From: an uncultured Spirochaetota bacterium
GTDB taxonomy: Bacteria; Spirochaetota; Spirochaetia; SZUA-6; Fen-1364
Direction of reading: 5' to 3'
DNA length: 64,000 nt
NCBI GenBank assembly: GCA_963820435.1
Contig: CAWGAC010000009.1
Span: forward strand, 68,991-132,990
Shown here: piece by piece, positions 19,469-28,063 of the stretch
How the letters are laid out: the number at the start of each line of letters is the position of its first letter
How positions within the stretch are numbered: position 1 is the first letter of the stretch
Translations under genes and position numbers: made by a program
Notes under the pieces: model-generated
Told to the model about the DNA's origin: nothing
The model's database searches: none
Seen by the model: the letters and a program-made list of their open reading frames with translations, nothing else

Positions 19469-19488
19469 GACATTACCTAATGACATTA
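19465..19488. promoter_or_regulatory. two tandem 11-bp palindromic operator-like sites
   Basis: TAATGACATTA at 19465-19475 and again at 19478-19488 (13-bp spacing), overlapping the -10 box. A further GACATTA half-site lies at 19397-19403. Confidence 0.5.
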
Positions 19489-19611
19489 CTAAAGTCATAC
19501 TTCGAGAGCTAAAGGAGGCGAAAAGAGAAGGATCGAGTGTCAATTGCTCCTTGGTGGAAAAATGGTTCAGCGCGAGAGGCTAGGCAAAGCCGCAATTAAG
19601 AGGAGGTAACG

Positions 19612-20886
19612 ATGAGAATGAGGCTGCTTTCTATTATAACTGTGCTCTTTATGATTTTTGTCGGCGCGGGTCAACTCGCTGCTCAGAAAGCGGAGCCGGA
19701 AAACGCCGAAATCACGATCATGGGGTGGGACCAGATGTCAACCACCTACCTGGACAAAGCCGCGGCGCCCTTTATCAAAGCTCACCCGAATGTGAAGCTC
19801 AATCGACTGGATCTCGCCTCAGGCGATGCAATAAACAAGGTCATCGTCGGTATGTCTTCGGGTGTCGGCTGCCCTGACATATTCATCTGTGATCCGGATT
19901 GGCAGCCCAAGATGGTGGCGCTCAACGGACTTCTTGATATCACGCCCGTTGTCGGCCCCGTAAAGAACAACATCCTCCCAGATCTCTTGCACATGATCAC
20001 GGTGAACGGCAAAATCATCCGCGTGCCCATGGCGTACAACCCGATCTTCTTCTATTACAGGAAGGACATCTTCGACCAGTACGGCGTCAGCGCGCCCAAG
20101 GATTGGACCGTGGATTTCATGCGGATCGCAGACAAAGTGACGAAGGACAAGAATGCAAGTGGCGAACCGAATCATTACCTGGGTGACATAAATGATTGGC
20201 AGGTAGAGTTCTGGATGATCGGCAGGCAGGAGCTCTACAACAACAAGGATGGGAGCCCGAATCTTGACACCCCGGTGAAGGCCGAGGTGCTCAAGTGGAT
20301 CAAGGAAGTAGTGGACAAGAAGTACATGAGGTTTGGGACGTTCCTTTCTCCTGAGGCCTGGGAGCTCATGAAGAACAATGTTGACGTTGCACAGTCAGCT
20401 CCGTTCTGGGAGGTCGGGTTCGGCCTCAAGCGGATGGGGTACAAACCGGAGTTGGAAGGCAAGTGGCGTACCGCCCTGTGGCCCGCGTGGAAGCCAGGAG
20501 AATCGTATCCGGGGGGATCGCATGGAAGTGGAGGCTGGGCGGTGTGGGCAAAAACCAAGTACCCCAAGCTTTGCATGGAGCTGCTTTCCTGGTTCCTGAC
20601 TGACAGTGCCGCCAAGGAAATGGCCATTGGCAGGGTGCTCGGTCCCGCAACGAAGAGCGGCACGGCAGCCCTCGCCGATCAAGGCGATCCTTTCTTCGGC
20701 GGACAGAAGATCTGGAAGCTCATAAGCGACTCTGGTTCAATCGTGAACAACTTCAGCTACGATAAGAATCATAGTGTCTTCAGTGCCGCCCTGAGCGCCG
20801 CGGTGCACAATGTCGTGGAAAAAGGTATGGCTCCCGAAGAGGCCCTGAAACAAGCGCAGGCCCAGGCCCTCAACGATATGAAATAA
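19612..20886 (+). CDS. extracellular solute-binding protein (family 1), CUT1 ABC importer
   Basis: 424 aa. Signal peptide MRMRLLSIITVLFMIFVGAGQLAAQ. RBS AGGAGG upstream. Confidence 0.9.
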   Translation: MRMRLLSIITVLFMIFVGAGQLAAQKAEPENAEITIMGWDQMSTTYLDKAAAPFIKAHPNVKLNRLDLASGDAINKVIVGMSSGVGCPDIFICDPDWQPKMVALNGLLDITPVVGPVKNNILPDLLHMITVNGKIIRVPMAYNPIFFYYRKDIFDQYGVSAPKDWTVDFMRIADKVTKDKNASGEPNHYLGDINDWQVEFWMIGRQELYNNKDGSPNLDTPVKAEVLKWIKEVVDKKYMRFGTFLSPEAWELMKNNVDVAQSAPFWEVGFGLKRMGYKPELEGKWRTALWPAWKPGESYPGGSHGSGGWAVWAKTKYPKLCMELLSWFLTDSAAKEMAIGRVLGPATKSGTAALADQGDPFFGGQKIWKLISDSGSIVNNFSYDKNHSVFSAALSAAVHNVVEKGMAPEEALKQAQAQALNDMK

Positions 20887-20911
20887 GGCGCACAGGTCGA
20901 ATGGATGCAAC

Positions 20912-20938
20912 GGAAAGGCGGGCTGCACCCGCCTTTCC
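20912..20938 (+). other. intercistronic stem-loop after SBP gene
   Basis: GGAAAGGCGGG-ctgca-CCCGCCTTTCC. Perfect 11-bp stem, 26 nt after the SBP stop, no U-tract. Confidence 0.7.
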
Positions 20939-20985
20939 CATCTGATCGGAACTGCTGTGCCCAGGCGTGAGGGAAGGAAAATGCA

Positions 20986-21870
20986 TTGAGGGAACAGAAA
21001 TACACGCCCTATCTATTCATATCGCCTTTCTTCCTGCTTTTCACGCTCTTCTCAGTCGGCCCTCTTGTCTATGCTTTGTACATGAGCTTCAACAGAATCG
21101 AATCCTTCGCTCAAGCTCCCGAGTTCGTCGGCCTCAGGCAGTACATAAACATTCTTACGGATCCGCGTTTTCACAGGAGCCTCCTGAATATCTTCACCTA
21201 CACGGTGGTCGCCGTGTCATTCACACTCGCCATATCTCTGCTTCTGGCAAATCTCCTCAACGTGAGGCTGCCGGGAAGGGTCGTGTACAGGTCAGCGTAC
21301 TTTCTTCCGGTCGTGACTTCCCTGGTGGCTGCGGGAATATTCTTCCGGCTTATACTGGCGGAGCGCGTCGGAATTCTGAATGAAATACTCCGGTCCTTCG
21401 GCCTTCCCTCCTATCGATGGTTGAACGACCCCAAACTCATGATGCCGTCGCTCATCGTCGTGACCACCTGGCGCTCCTTTGGATTTTTCCTGATCATCTT
21501 CCTTGCCGCCATCCAGAACATCCCGTCGGAACTGTACGACGCTTCAAGAGTCGACGGGGCGTCGATCACGCAAACACTGTTCCGCATTACTCTCCCGCTG
21601 CTCTTCCCGACCATCTTTTTCTGTATCGTGACGGCAACGATAGGATCGATTCAGCTTTTCGATGAGCCCTATGTGCTGTTCACGGCCCAAGGGGGGGTTC
21701 CGCCCCGGGACGAGGTGATCACACCCGCCATCTACCTCTATAACTCGGCATTCCAGCAGTTCAGATTTGGAAAAGCGGCCGCGGTCGGGTTCATCGTTTC
21801 GCTCATCATTTTTATTCTCACCCTGGCACAGGTGAGGATCATGGGCAGGAGAGGAGGCTTCTCAACATGA
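20986..21870 (+). CDS. CUT1 sugar ABC transporter permease (MalF-like)
   Basis: 294 aa, TTG start. EAA loop YDASRVDGASITQTLFRITLP. Confidence 0.9.
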   Translation: MREQKYTPYLFISPFFLLFTLFSVGPLVYALYMSFNRIESFAQAPEFVGLRQYINILTDPRFHRSLLNIFTYTVVAVSFTLAISLLLANLLNVRLPGRVVYRSAYFLPVVTSLVAAGIFFRLILAERVGILNEILRSFGLPSYRWLNDPKLMMPSLIVVTTWRSFGFFLIIFLAAIQNIPSELYDASRVDGASITQTLFRITLPLLFPTIFFCIVTATIGSIQLFDEPYVLFTAQGGVPPRDEVITPAIYLYNSAFQQFRFGKAAAVGFIVSLIIFILTLAQVRIMGRRGGFST

Positions 21871-22688
21871 AACCGCGAAGCATCGCCTCTTTCGGCGTCC
21901 TGTACCTGTTCCTGACCGTCGTTGCCGTTGTGACTCTCCTTCCATTTTACTGGGGACTGATCGCCGCATTCCGCCCTTCGAACGATATCTTCAACCCCTC
22001 CCTTTTGCCCGGACCGCTCACCGTCGTCAATTTCATCGACCTCTTCCGGTCGAGCCTCTACCCCCGCTGGTTTCTCAACAGCTGCCTGGTGGCGATTGCG
22101 TACGCCTCTCTCACCCTCTTCTTCTGTTCGCTTGCAGGGTATGCCTTCGCGAAATACGAGTTCAAGGGAAAAAACGCGCTCTTCCTGATCGTGCTTGGAT
22201 CAATGATGATCCCGGTCTGGGCAACGCTCGTCCCCCTCTATTCGCTGTACTCGAAGATCAATTCGCTCAACCGGTACTGGGTGCTCATTGTGCCGGGAAG
22301 CGCGCCGGCCCTCGGGATCTTCATGATGCGGCAGTACATTTTTGGCATACCCTCGGAGATGATCGACAGCGGCCGTGTGGATGGCTGCTCGGAGTTTCGT
22401 ATCTATCTCTCGATAATCGTTCCCGTGATCCCTCCGGCGCTTGGCGCCCTCGCCATCATCATGTTCATGTTCTCATGGAACAATTTTCTGATCCCTCTCA
22501 TCCTCATGCAGAATCAGGTGCGTCTCACCGTTCCCGTCGGTCTCGCCTCGTTCGTTGGCCTCACCCGACCGGTGTATGGGCCTCTGATCGCAGGCACGCT
22601 CATTTCGGTCATACCCGTACTGGTCATTTTCGTCCGGATGCAGAAGGAGCTCGTTTCGGGCATCACTATCGGCGCCGTGAAGGGATGA
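21867..22688 (+). CDS. CUT1 sugar ABC transporter permease (MalG-like)
   Basis: 273 aa. ATGA overlap with the upstream permease. EAA loop IDSGRVDGCSEFRIYLSIIVP. Confidence 0.9.
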   Translation: MKPRSIASFGVLYLFLTVVAVVTLLPFYWGLIAAFRPSNDIFNPSLLPGPLTVVNFIDLFRSSLYPRWFLNSCLVAIAYASLTLFFCSLAGYAFAKYEFKGKNALFLIVLGSMMIPVWATLVPLYSLYSKINSLNRYWVLIVPGSAPALGIFMMRQYIFGIPSEMIDSGRVDGCSEFRIYLSIIVPVIPPALGALAIIMFMFSWNNFLIPLILMQNQVRLTVPVGLASFVGLTRPVYGPLIAGTLISVIPVLVIFVRMQKELVSGITIGAVKG

Positions 22689-22703
22689 TGAAAAGGAGAA
22701 GAA

Positions 22704-23482
22704 ATGGACAAACAGAGGCGATTCGAAGGGAAGGTTGCACTCATCACCGGAGGGGAGCCGGAATCGGAAGGGCAACGGGATTGAGGATGGCCAGGGAGGG
22801 GGCGGCTATTGCGCTTGCGGACGTGCTCGGCGAGCGCGCCCGGGAGGTGCGCCGCGAGATTGAAGACCTCGGCGGAAAAGCGCAGGACATTACCTGCGAT
22901 GTCGCAAAGGAATCGGAATGCAAAAGGATGGTGGCGGAGACCGTTGCACGATTCGGAAGGCTCGACTTCGCCTTGACGAGCGCGGGAATCCATGGACCCG
23001 GCCGGACAGTCGTGGACACAACCGTCCAGACATGGGATGAGGTGATCGGCCTGGATCTCACGGGTACGTTCCTTGCGTGCAAGTTCGCCGTTCCCGAGAT
23101 GCAGAAAGCGGGAGGGGGAGGAATTGTCCTCATTTCGTCTCTGGGCGGCGTTACCGGCTCGCCTCACGGCACGGCATTCATGGCAGCGAAAGGGGCTATC
23201 ATAAATCTTACGCGGCACATGGCAGTAGCCCATGCGCCCGACGGCATAAGGGTGAATTGCGTCGTTCCGGGAGTAATCGAGACGCCGCTGACAGCCAAAT
23301 GGCTCAGTGACCCGGAAATGCGCAAGAAAGTGTGCGCATGGCATCCAATGAACAGGCTCGGTCAGCCTGAAGAGGTGGCGTCGCTCGTTGCGTTCCTTCT
23401 ATCGGAGGACGCATCATTCATAACAGGAGCCATTGTCCCTGTAGATGGCGGATATCTCGCCTGGGGGAGAGGGGAGCCATGA
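22704..23482 (+). pseudogene. SDR-family oxidoreductase; one frameshift in the glycine-rich loop
   Basis: ATG 22704 gives MDKQRRFEGKVALITGG, then a stop after 26 aa. The +1 frame (ORF 22475..23482) continues GAGIGRATGLRMAREGAAIALADV…SSLGG…YMAAKGA…PGVIETPL. The G4 run at 22752-22755 would need to be G5. Confidence 0.85.
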
Positions 23483-23519
23483 CTCCGGTACAGGCGGCTG
23501 ACGTGCGGAAAGGCGGGCT

Positions 23520-24479
23520 ATGAAAGCCTTGGTGAAAAGAGAACCTGGTGCAGGACACCTTTCGCTGGAGGACCTGCCGCTACCGAAGATCGGAGATGAT
23601 GACCTTCTGATCCGAATCTCCTGTTGCGGCATATGCGGAAGCGACCTCCATATCGAGGACGGCGTCCACCCGTGCCAACCGCCCGTCGTAATCGGGCACG
23701 AGTTCTCCGGGGTCATCGAGGGAATGGGACCCAACGTGAGAGAGTTCGCCGTCGGGGACGCGGTTGCCTTTCTCGACGGGTGGGATCCCTTTCCCGGGGT
23801 AGGGAGCAACGGCGGTTTTGCAGAGTTCATGAGAGCGCCTGCATCGTGCATGTGGCGGACGCCTCCCGGGGTGAGCCAGGAGGAGGCGTCTCAGTTTGAG
23901 ACCATTGTCACTCCCATGAGATTGGTAAGAGACGAAGCACAAGCAAACGCGGGCGACCGAGTTGTGGTGACCGGTGTGGGAATCATCGGCTTGATGACCG
24001 CTGCAATCGCCAAACTGTCGGGTGCCCATGTCACTGTGTTCGGGACCGAAGCAGACGAACCCGTCCGCCTGCCGCTTGCCAGAGGAGTGGGTGCCGACGA
24101 GGTTCTGGTATTCAACGAGGAGACGGTGAAATTCGTTCAGCGCGCGCGCCCGAACAAGTGGATCGATGCTTCGGGCTCGCCACTCGCGCTGCAAGCGGCG
24201 ACGTCATGCGTCGAGCCTTCCGGCCTCATTGTCGTGGCAGGATTGGGTCACGGGCCGTATGACCTTGACATGACCCGCGTGACCTATAACAACATTACCA
24301 TCCGCGGCGTTTGGGGGGGAAGACCAAAATACGTACGAGAGGTGGCCGAGCTGATAAGAGAACGAAAGCTCGTGCTGAGCAACATGTTGACGGTGCTGCC
24401 GTTGAGCAGGTGGCGTGAGGCCTTTGATGCATGTCGAGCACGGAAATATGTGAAGATACTGCTGGATCCGTCACGCTGA
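23520..24479 (+). CDS. zinc-dependent alcohol/polyol dehydrogenase (MDR family)
   Basis: 319 aa. CGICGSDLHIEDG…GHEFSGVIEGMG…VTGVGIIGL. Confidence 0.9.
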   Translation: MKALVKREPGAGHLSLEDLPLPKIGDDDLLIRISCCGICGSDLHIEDGVHPCQPPVVIGHEFSGVIEGMGPNVREFAVGDAVAFLDGWDPFPGVGSNGGFAEFMRAPASCMWRTPPGVSQEEASQFETIVTPMRLVRDEAQANAGDRVVVTGVGIIGLMTAAIAKLSGAHVTVFGTEADEPVRLPLARGVGADEVLVFNEETVKFVQRARPNKWIDASGSPLALQAATSCVEPSGLIVVAGLGHGPYDLDMTRVTYNNITIRGVWGGRPKYVREVAELIRERKLVLSNMLTVLPLSRWREAFDACRARKYVKILLDPSR

Positions 24480-24568
24480 GGTCTTGATTCTTCCCGCTTC
24501 TTGCTGGACTCCACTCTGGCCAATGTTCGCAGCAAGGGATCCGAACGCCCCGCGCGAAAGGAGCATTG

Positions 24569-25550
24569 ATGGATATCGTCACCCTCGGGGAGTTGATACT
24601 GGATATGTTTGCTTCGGAATCCGGGCAAGGATTTCACCGCAACCGTGGCTTTTCTCCCTGTTGCCGGAGGGGCTCCTGCGAATGTAGCGGTTGCGGCTTC
24701 TCGACTTGGCATGAAATCGGCATTCATCGGCAAGGTCGGAGAAGATCCGTTCGGACACAGGCTGGAAGCGGTCCTGAAAAGTTATGGGGTCGAAACCAGG
24801 GGCATGCGCTTCGACACGCGGTACCGTACCACGCTGAACTTCATGACTCTGCCGGACCCTCACCACACTGAAATGCTCTTTTACCGCAACCCGGGAGCGG
24901 ACATGCTCCTTGAGCCGGGTGAGCTGGACATCGAGCTCATCGAGGGAACGTCCGTGTTCCATTTCGGGTCGGTCAGCCTGGCGATCGAGCCCTGCCGAAG
25001 CGCTGCCATTGAGGGGGCTCTGTGCGCCCGGAGGGCGGAAGCGCTCGTTTCCTTCGATGTGAACTACAGGCCCGGCCTCTGGGAGAGTGAAGCTCGGGCA
25101 AAGGCCGAGATCGCCGCGACAATCCCCCTGGCGGACATCGTCAAGGTGAACGAGACCGAGCTGCGTCTCATCGCCGGCACCGACGATGCCCGCGCCGGCT
25201 GCCGATCGATCATCGACCGCGGACCCGCGCTCTGCGTGGCAACCCTAGGGCCGCAAGGCAGTGTATGGGCCGCTCGCTCAGGTGCAGACGCAGTTCCCGG
25301 ATTCACCGTACAGGCAGTGGATGCCACGGGATGCGGCGATGCGTTCATGGCAGCCCTCCTGGTCCAAATTCTCGATGCCCTCGGCGGCCGCAAGAAAGGC
25401 CGTCGGAGCGGCCTGGAGAGCCTGGGGGGAGCTGACCTGTCCCGCGCCTTGCGATGGGCCAACGCGGCCGGAGCCCTCACCGCGCGGACGAAAGGCGTGA
25501 TGAACGCTCTGCCTGACACACGCGAGGTGGAAGCTCTGGTGGCCGGTTGA
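24569..25550 (+). pseudogene. PfkB-family carbohydrate kinase (fructokinase/KDG-kinase-like); one frameshift near the 5' end
   Basis: ATG 24569 (RBS AAAGGAG) gives MDIVTLGELILDMFASESG, then goes out of frame. ORF 24609..25550 continues KDFTATVAFLPVAGGAPANVAVAASRLG…DATGCGDAF. There is an extra G in the G3 run at 24623-24625. Confidence 0.85.
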
Positions 25551-25660
25551 GGCGGCTGCCGAACCCAACGCGTCGATTCGAAAGCGAGCCTTCCCGCCTC
25601 GATGAATATCTCAGTGTATTTTCCGGAAGCCGGGCCCGGAGCGCGAGCGGCCCCCGTAAT

Positions 25661-27526
25661 TCAGTTCATGGCGCGCGTCGCGTTCAGGATTGCGACAAGG
25701 GCCACTCCCATGTCGGCAATCACCGCTTCCCACATGGTGGCAACCCCTGACGCGCCCAGCGCAAGGAAGACGCCCTTCACTCCGAGGGCGAAGAAGATGT
25801 TCTCTGCGACTATCGCCCGTGTTCTCCGTGCCCTCTGGATGGCCTCGACGATCTTGCCCGGGTTGTCCGACATGAGAACGACATCCGCGGTCTCCACCGC
25901 GGCATCGGCCCCTGATCGGCCCAGCGCAATACCCACGTCCGCGCGCGCGAGCACCGGCGCGTCGTTGATGCCGTCTCCCATGAAGGCGGTGCGCGCGCGC
26001 CTCCCGCCGGACCGCATGATCGCTTCCAGGTGTTCGACTTTTTGCGCCGGCAGCAGGTCTCCGTGGTACTCGTCGATGCCCAGCTCGACGGCGACCCGCT
26101 CGGCTACCTCGACGCCGTCACCGGTCAGGAGGGCCGTCCGATCCACCCCCAGCGCGCGCAAAGCCCTGATCGCCTCTTTTGCCCCGTGACGGGCCACGTC
26201 ATCGATTGCGAGATAGCCGGCATAGGCCCCGTCCACCGCCACGTGCACCGCGGTGCCGTCAATGCAGCAGGTGTCATGGGGGATCTGCTGGGCATGGAGG
26301 AGCCGGTCGTTTCCGGCCATGATCGCGTGCCCCTCCACCGTGGCGAAAACCCCCTGGCCGCCGAGCTCACGGAATGCCGCCGCGGCGGAGTCATCCACCG
26401 GCCGGCCGTACGCTTCCCGAATGGATGCGGCGATGGGGTGATTGGAATGGGTCTCGGCAACGGCGGCGTAGCGCAGGAGGTCGGGTCCGGAGATTCCGTT
26501 GCGGGGATTCACCGAGGTCACGTGGAAGCTCCCCTTCGTGAGAGTGCCTGTCTTGTCGAAGACCATGGTCTTCACGCGCGCCAGCACGTCCAGGTACGCC
26601 GCTCCCTTCACCAGTATCCCGTGACGTGAAGCTCCGCCCACACCGCCGAAATACCCGAGAGGGATGCTGATGACCAGGGCGCATGGGCAGGAGATGACGA
26701 GCATGGTGAGGGCGCGATAGATCCAGTCGTGCAGGAGAGCGCCCTGAATGAGCAGCGGCGGCAGGAAAGCCACCCCCGCCGCCGCGCCGACCACAAGAGG
26801 CGTGTAGATGCGGGCGAACCGGCTGATGAACCGCTCCGTCTTTGCCTTGGCGCGCGTGGCGCCCTCCACGAGTTGTATGATCTTCGTGGCGCTCGACTCC
26901 CCCGCGCTGCGCGTGACCTGCATTTCAATCAGGCCGTCCATGCAGATGAACCCCGCCAGTACCTCCTGACCGGGCTCCACGCGCCGCGGGACAGGCTCTC
27001 CCGTGAGGGCGGAGGTGTCGACGAATCCGCTGCCCGAAATCACCCGGCCGTCCAGCGGCACCCGCTCACCGGGCCGGACGATGATTTCAGCGTCAATCGC
27101 GACCTCTTCGGGCCGGATCTCCACGAGCTCGCCGTTCCGTCGTACGCGCGCGGAATCCGGCCGCAGATCCAGGAGCTTCCTTATGGACCGGCGGCTGCGA
27201 TCCACCGACAGGTGCTCCAGTATTTCCCCCACCTTGAAAAAGATCATCACCGCGACCGCCTCGGAGGGCAGGCGTATGGCGAATGCGCCGCCCGTGGCCA
27301 CGGTCATCAGGAAGTTCTCATCGAAGACCCTGCCCCGGAAGATTCCCCGCGCGGCCGCGGCCAGCACGTTCCATCCGGCCAGCAGATATGCCGCGCCGAA
27401 GACCATGTACTCAAGCCAGGGCCACGCGGACGCGTGGATCCGACCGCCGGCCGCGATCCCGAATATGAGCAGGGCAACGCCTGCCCCCAGCACCACGAGC
27501 TCCCCGCGCAGGTTGAATCTGCTCAT
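25661..27526 (-). CDS. heavy-metal translocating P1B-type ATPase (Cd/Zn-like), no N-terminal HMA domain
   Basis: 621 aa. TGE (ALTGEPVP), CPC (ISCPCALVISIP), DKTGT (VFDKTGTLT), GDGINDAP. Confidence 0.95.
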   Translation of the reverse strand: MSRFNLRGELVVLGAGVALLIFGIAAGGRIHASAWPWLEYMVFGAAYLLAGWNVLAAAARGIFRGRVFDENFLMTVATGGAFAIRLPSEAVAVMIFFKVGEILEHLSVDRSRRSIRKLLDLRPDSARVRRNGELVEIRPEEVAIDAEIIVRPGERVPLDGRVISGSGFVDTSALTGEPVPRRVEPGQEVLAGFICMDGLIEMQVTRSAGESSATKIIQLVEGATRAKAKTERFISRFARIYTPLVVGAAAGVAFLPPLLIQGALLHDWIYRALTMLVISCPCALVISIPLGYFGGVGGASRHGILVKGAAYLDVLARVKTMVFDKTGTLTKGSFHVTSVNPRNGISGPDLLRYAAVAETHSNHPIAASIREAYGRPVDDSAAAAFRELGGQGVFATVEGHAIMAGNDRLLHAQQIPHDTCCIDGTAVHVAVDGAYAGYLAIDDVARHGAKEAIRALRALGVDRTALLTGDGVEVAERVAVELGIDEYHGDLLPAQKVEHLEAIMRSGGRRARTAFMGDGINDAPVLARADVGIALGRSGADAAVETADVVLMSDNPGKIVEAIQRARRTRAIVAENIFFALGVKGVFLALGASGVATMWEAVIADMGVALVAILNATRAMN

Positions 27527-27527
27527 G

Positions 27528-27875
27528 TCATTCCGCCAGGTGGGTCCGGATGGACTGCAGGACCGCGCTCACATGGTCGTCACTCAGCGAGTAGTACACG
27601 ATCTTGCCTTCCCGACGGTGGCTGACGAGCCGCGCGCTCTTCAGCACGGCGAGCTGGTGGCTCACCGCGGAGACGCTCATGCCGAACGCCTCGCTGAGGT
27701 CGCCGACGCACAACTCTCCCGCAAGCAGCGCGTGAAGAATGCGGAGCCTTGTCGAATCTCCGAGGATCTTGAAAAAGACCTCCATATCTTCGAGCTCACC
27801 GCGACCTGGAATCCTTGCCCTGCCCGCAATCACCGCTTCCGGGTGGAGGGCGCGCGTGCCGGTGCCTGCTGCCAT
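27528..27875 (-). CDS. ArsR/SmtB-family metalloregulator
   Basis: ORF 27528..27893. Start preferred at ATG 27875 (RBS AAGGGAG). FKILGDSTRLRILHALLAGELCVGDLSEAFGMSVSAVSHQLAVLKSARLV. One nt separates it from the ATPase start. Confidence 0.9.
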   Translation of the reverse strand: MAAGTGTRALHPEAVIAGRARIPGRGELEDMEVFFKILGDSTRLRILHALLAGELCVGDLSEAFGMSVSAVSHQLAVLKSARLVSHRREGKIVYYSLSDDHVSAVLQSIRTHLAE

Positions 27876-27894
27876 GAATGCTCCCTTTATCACT

Positions 27895-27908
27895 TGAACA
27901 ACTGTTCA
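27895..27908. promoter_or_regulatory. ArsR/SmtB-type operator
   Basis: TGAACA-AC-TGTTCA, 20 nt upstream of the arsR-family ATG. It matches the TGAACA…TGTTCA core known for SmtB/CzrA/CadC-type operators. Confidence 0.6.
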
Positions 27909-27940
27909 AATGAAAGGATAGCGCGGCAGAAGATTTGTGT

Positions 27941-28032
27941 CAAGCGAGTGGGGCCTGCGTGCGCGGGGCTGGATGCGCGGGGGCCGCAAGCGAGTGGGGC
28001 TGGCCGGGCGAGGGCCGCATGCGCGGGGGCTG
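27941..28032. repeat. GC-rich imperfect tandem repeat, about 46-bp unit x2
   Basis: CAAGCGAGTGGGGC at 27941 and 27987. ATGCGCGGGGG at 27973 and 28019. Confidence 0.6.
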
Positions 28033-28063
28033 CGTGCGAGAAGGCCGCCCGCACGCCTGCCGA

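Noticed and set aside
19371-19611. Small RNA or riboswitch in the 241-bp AT-rich gap
   Set aside because: The gap is adequately explained by divergent promoters plus operator repeats. I could see no conserved riboswitch-like structure.
22475-23482. 335-aa ORF taken at face value as one CDS
   Set aside because: Its first approximately 76 codons overlap the MalG-like permease out of frame and are low-complexity. The real SDR start is the ATG at 22704 in another frame, joined by a 1-nt indel.
27941-28032. CRISPR-like repeat (also considered for 36166-36196)
   Set aside because: There are only two copies, the units are imperfect or adjacent without spacers, and no cas genes are present.
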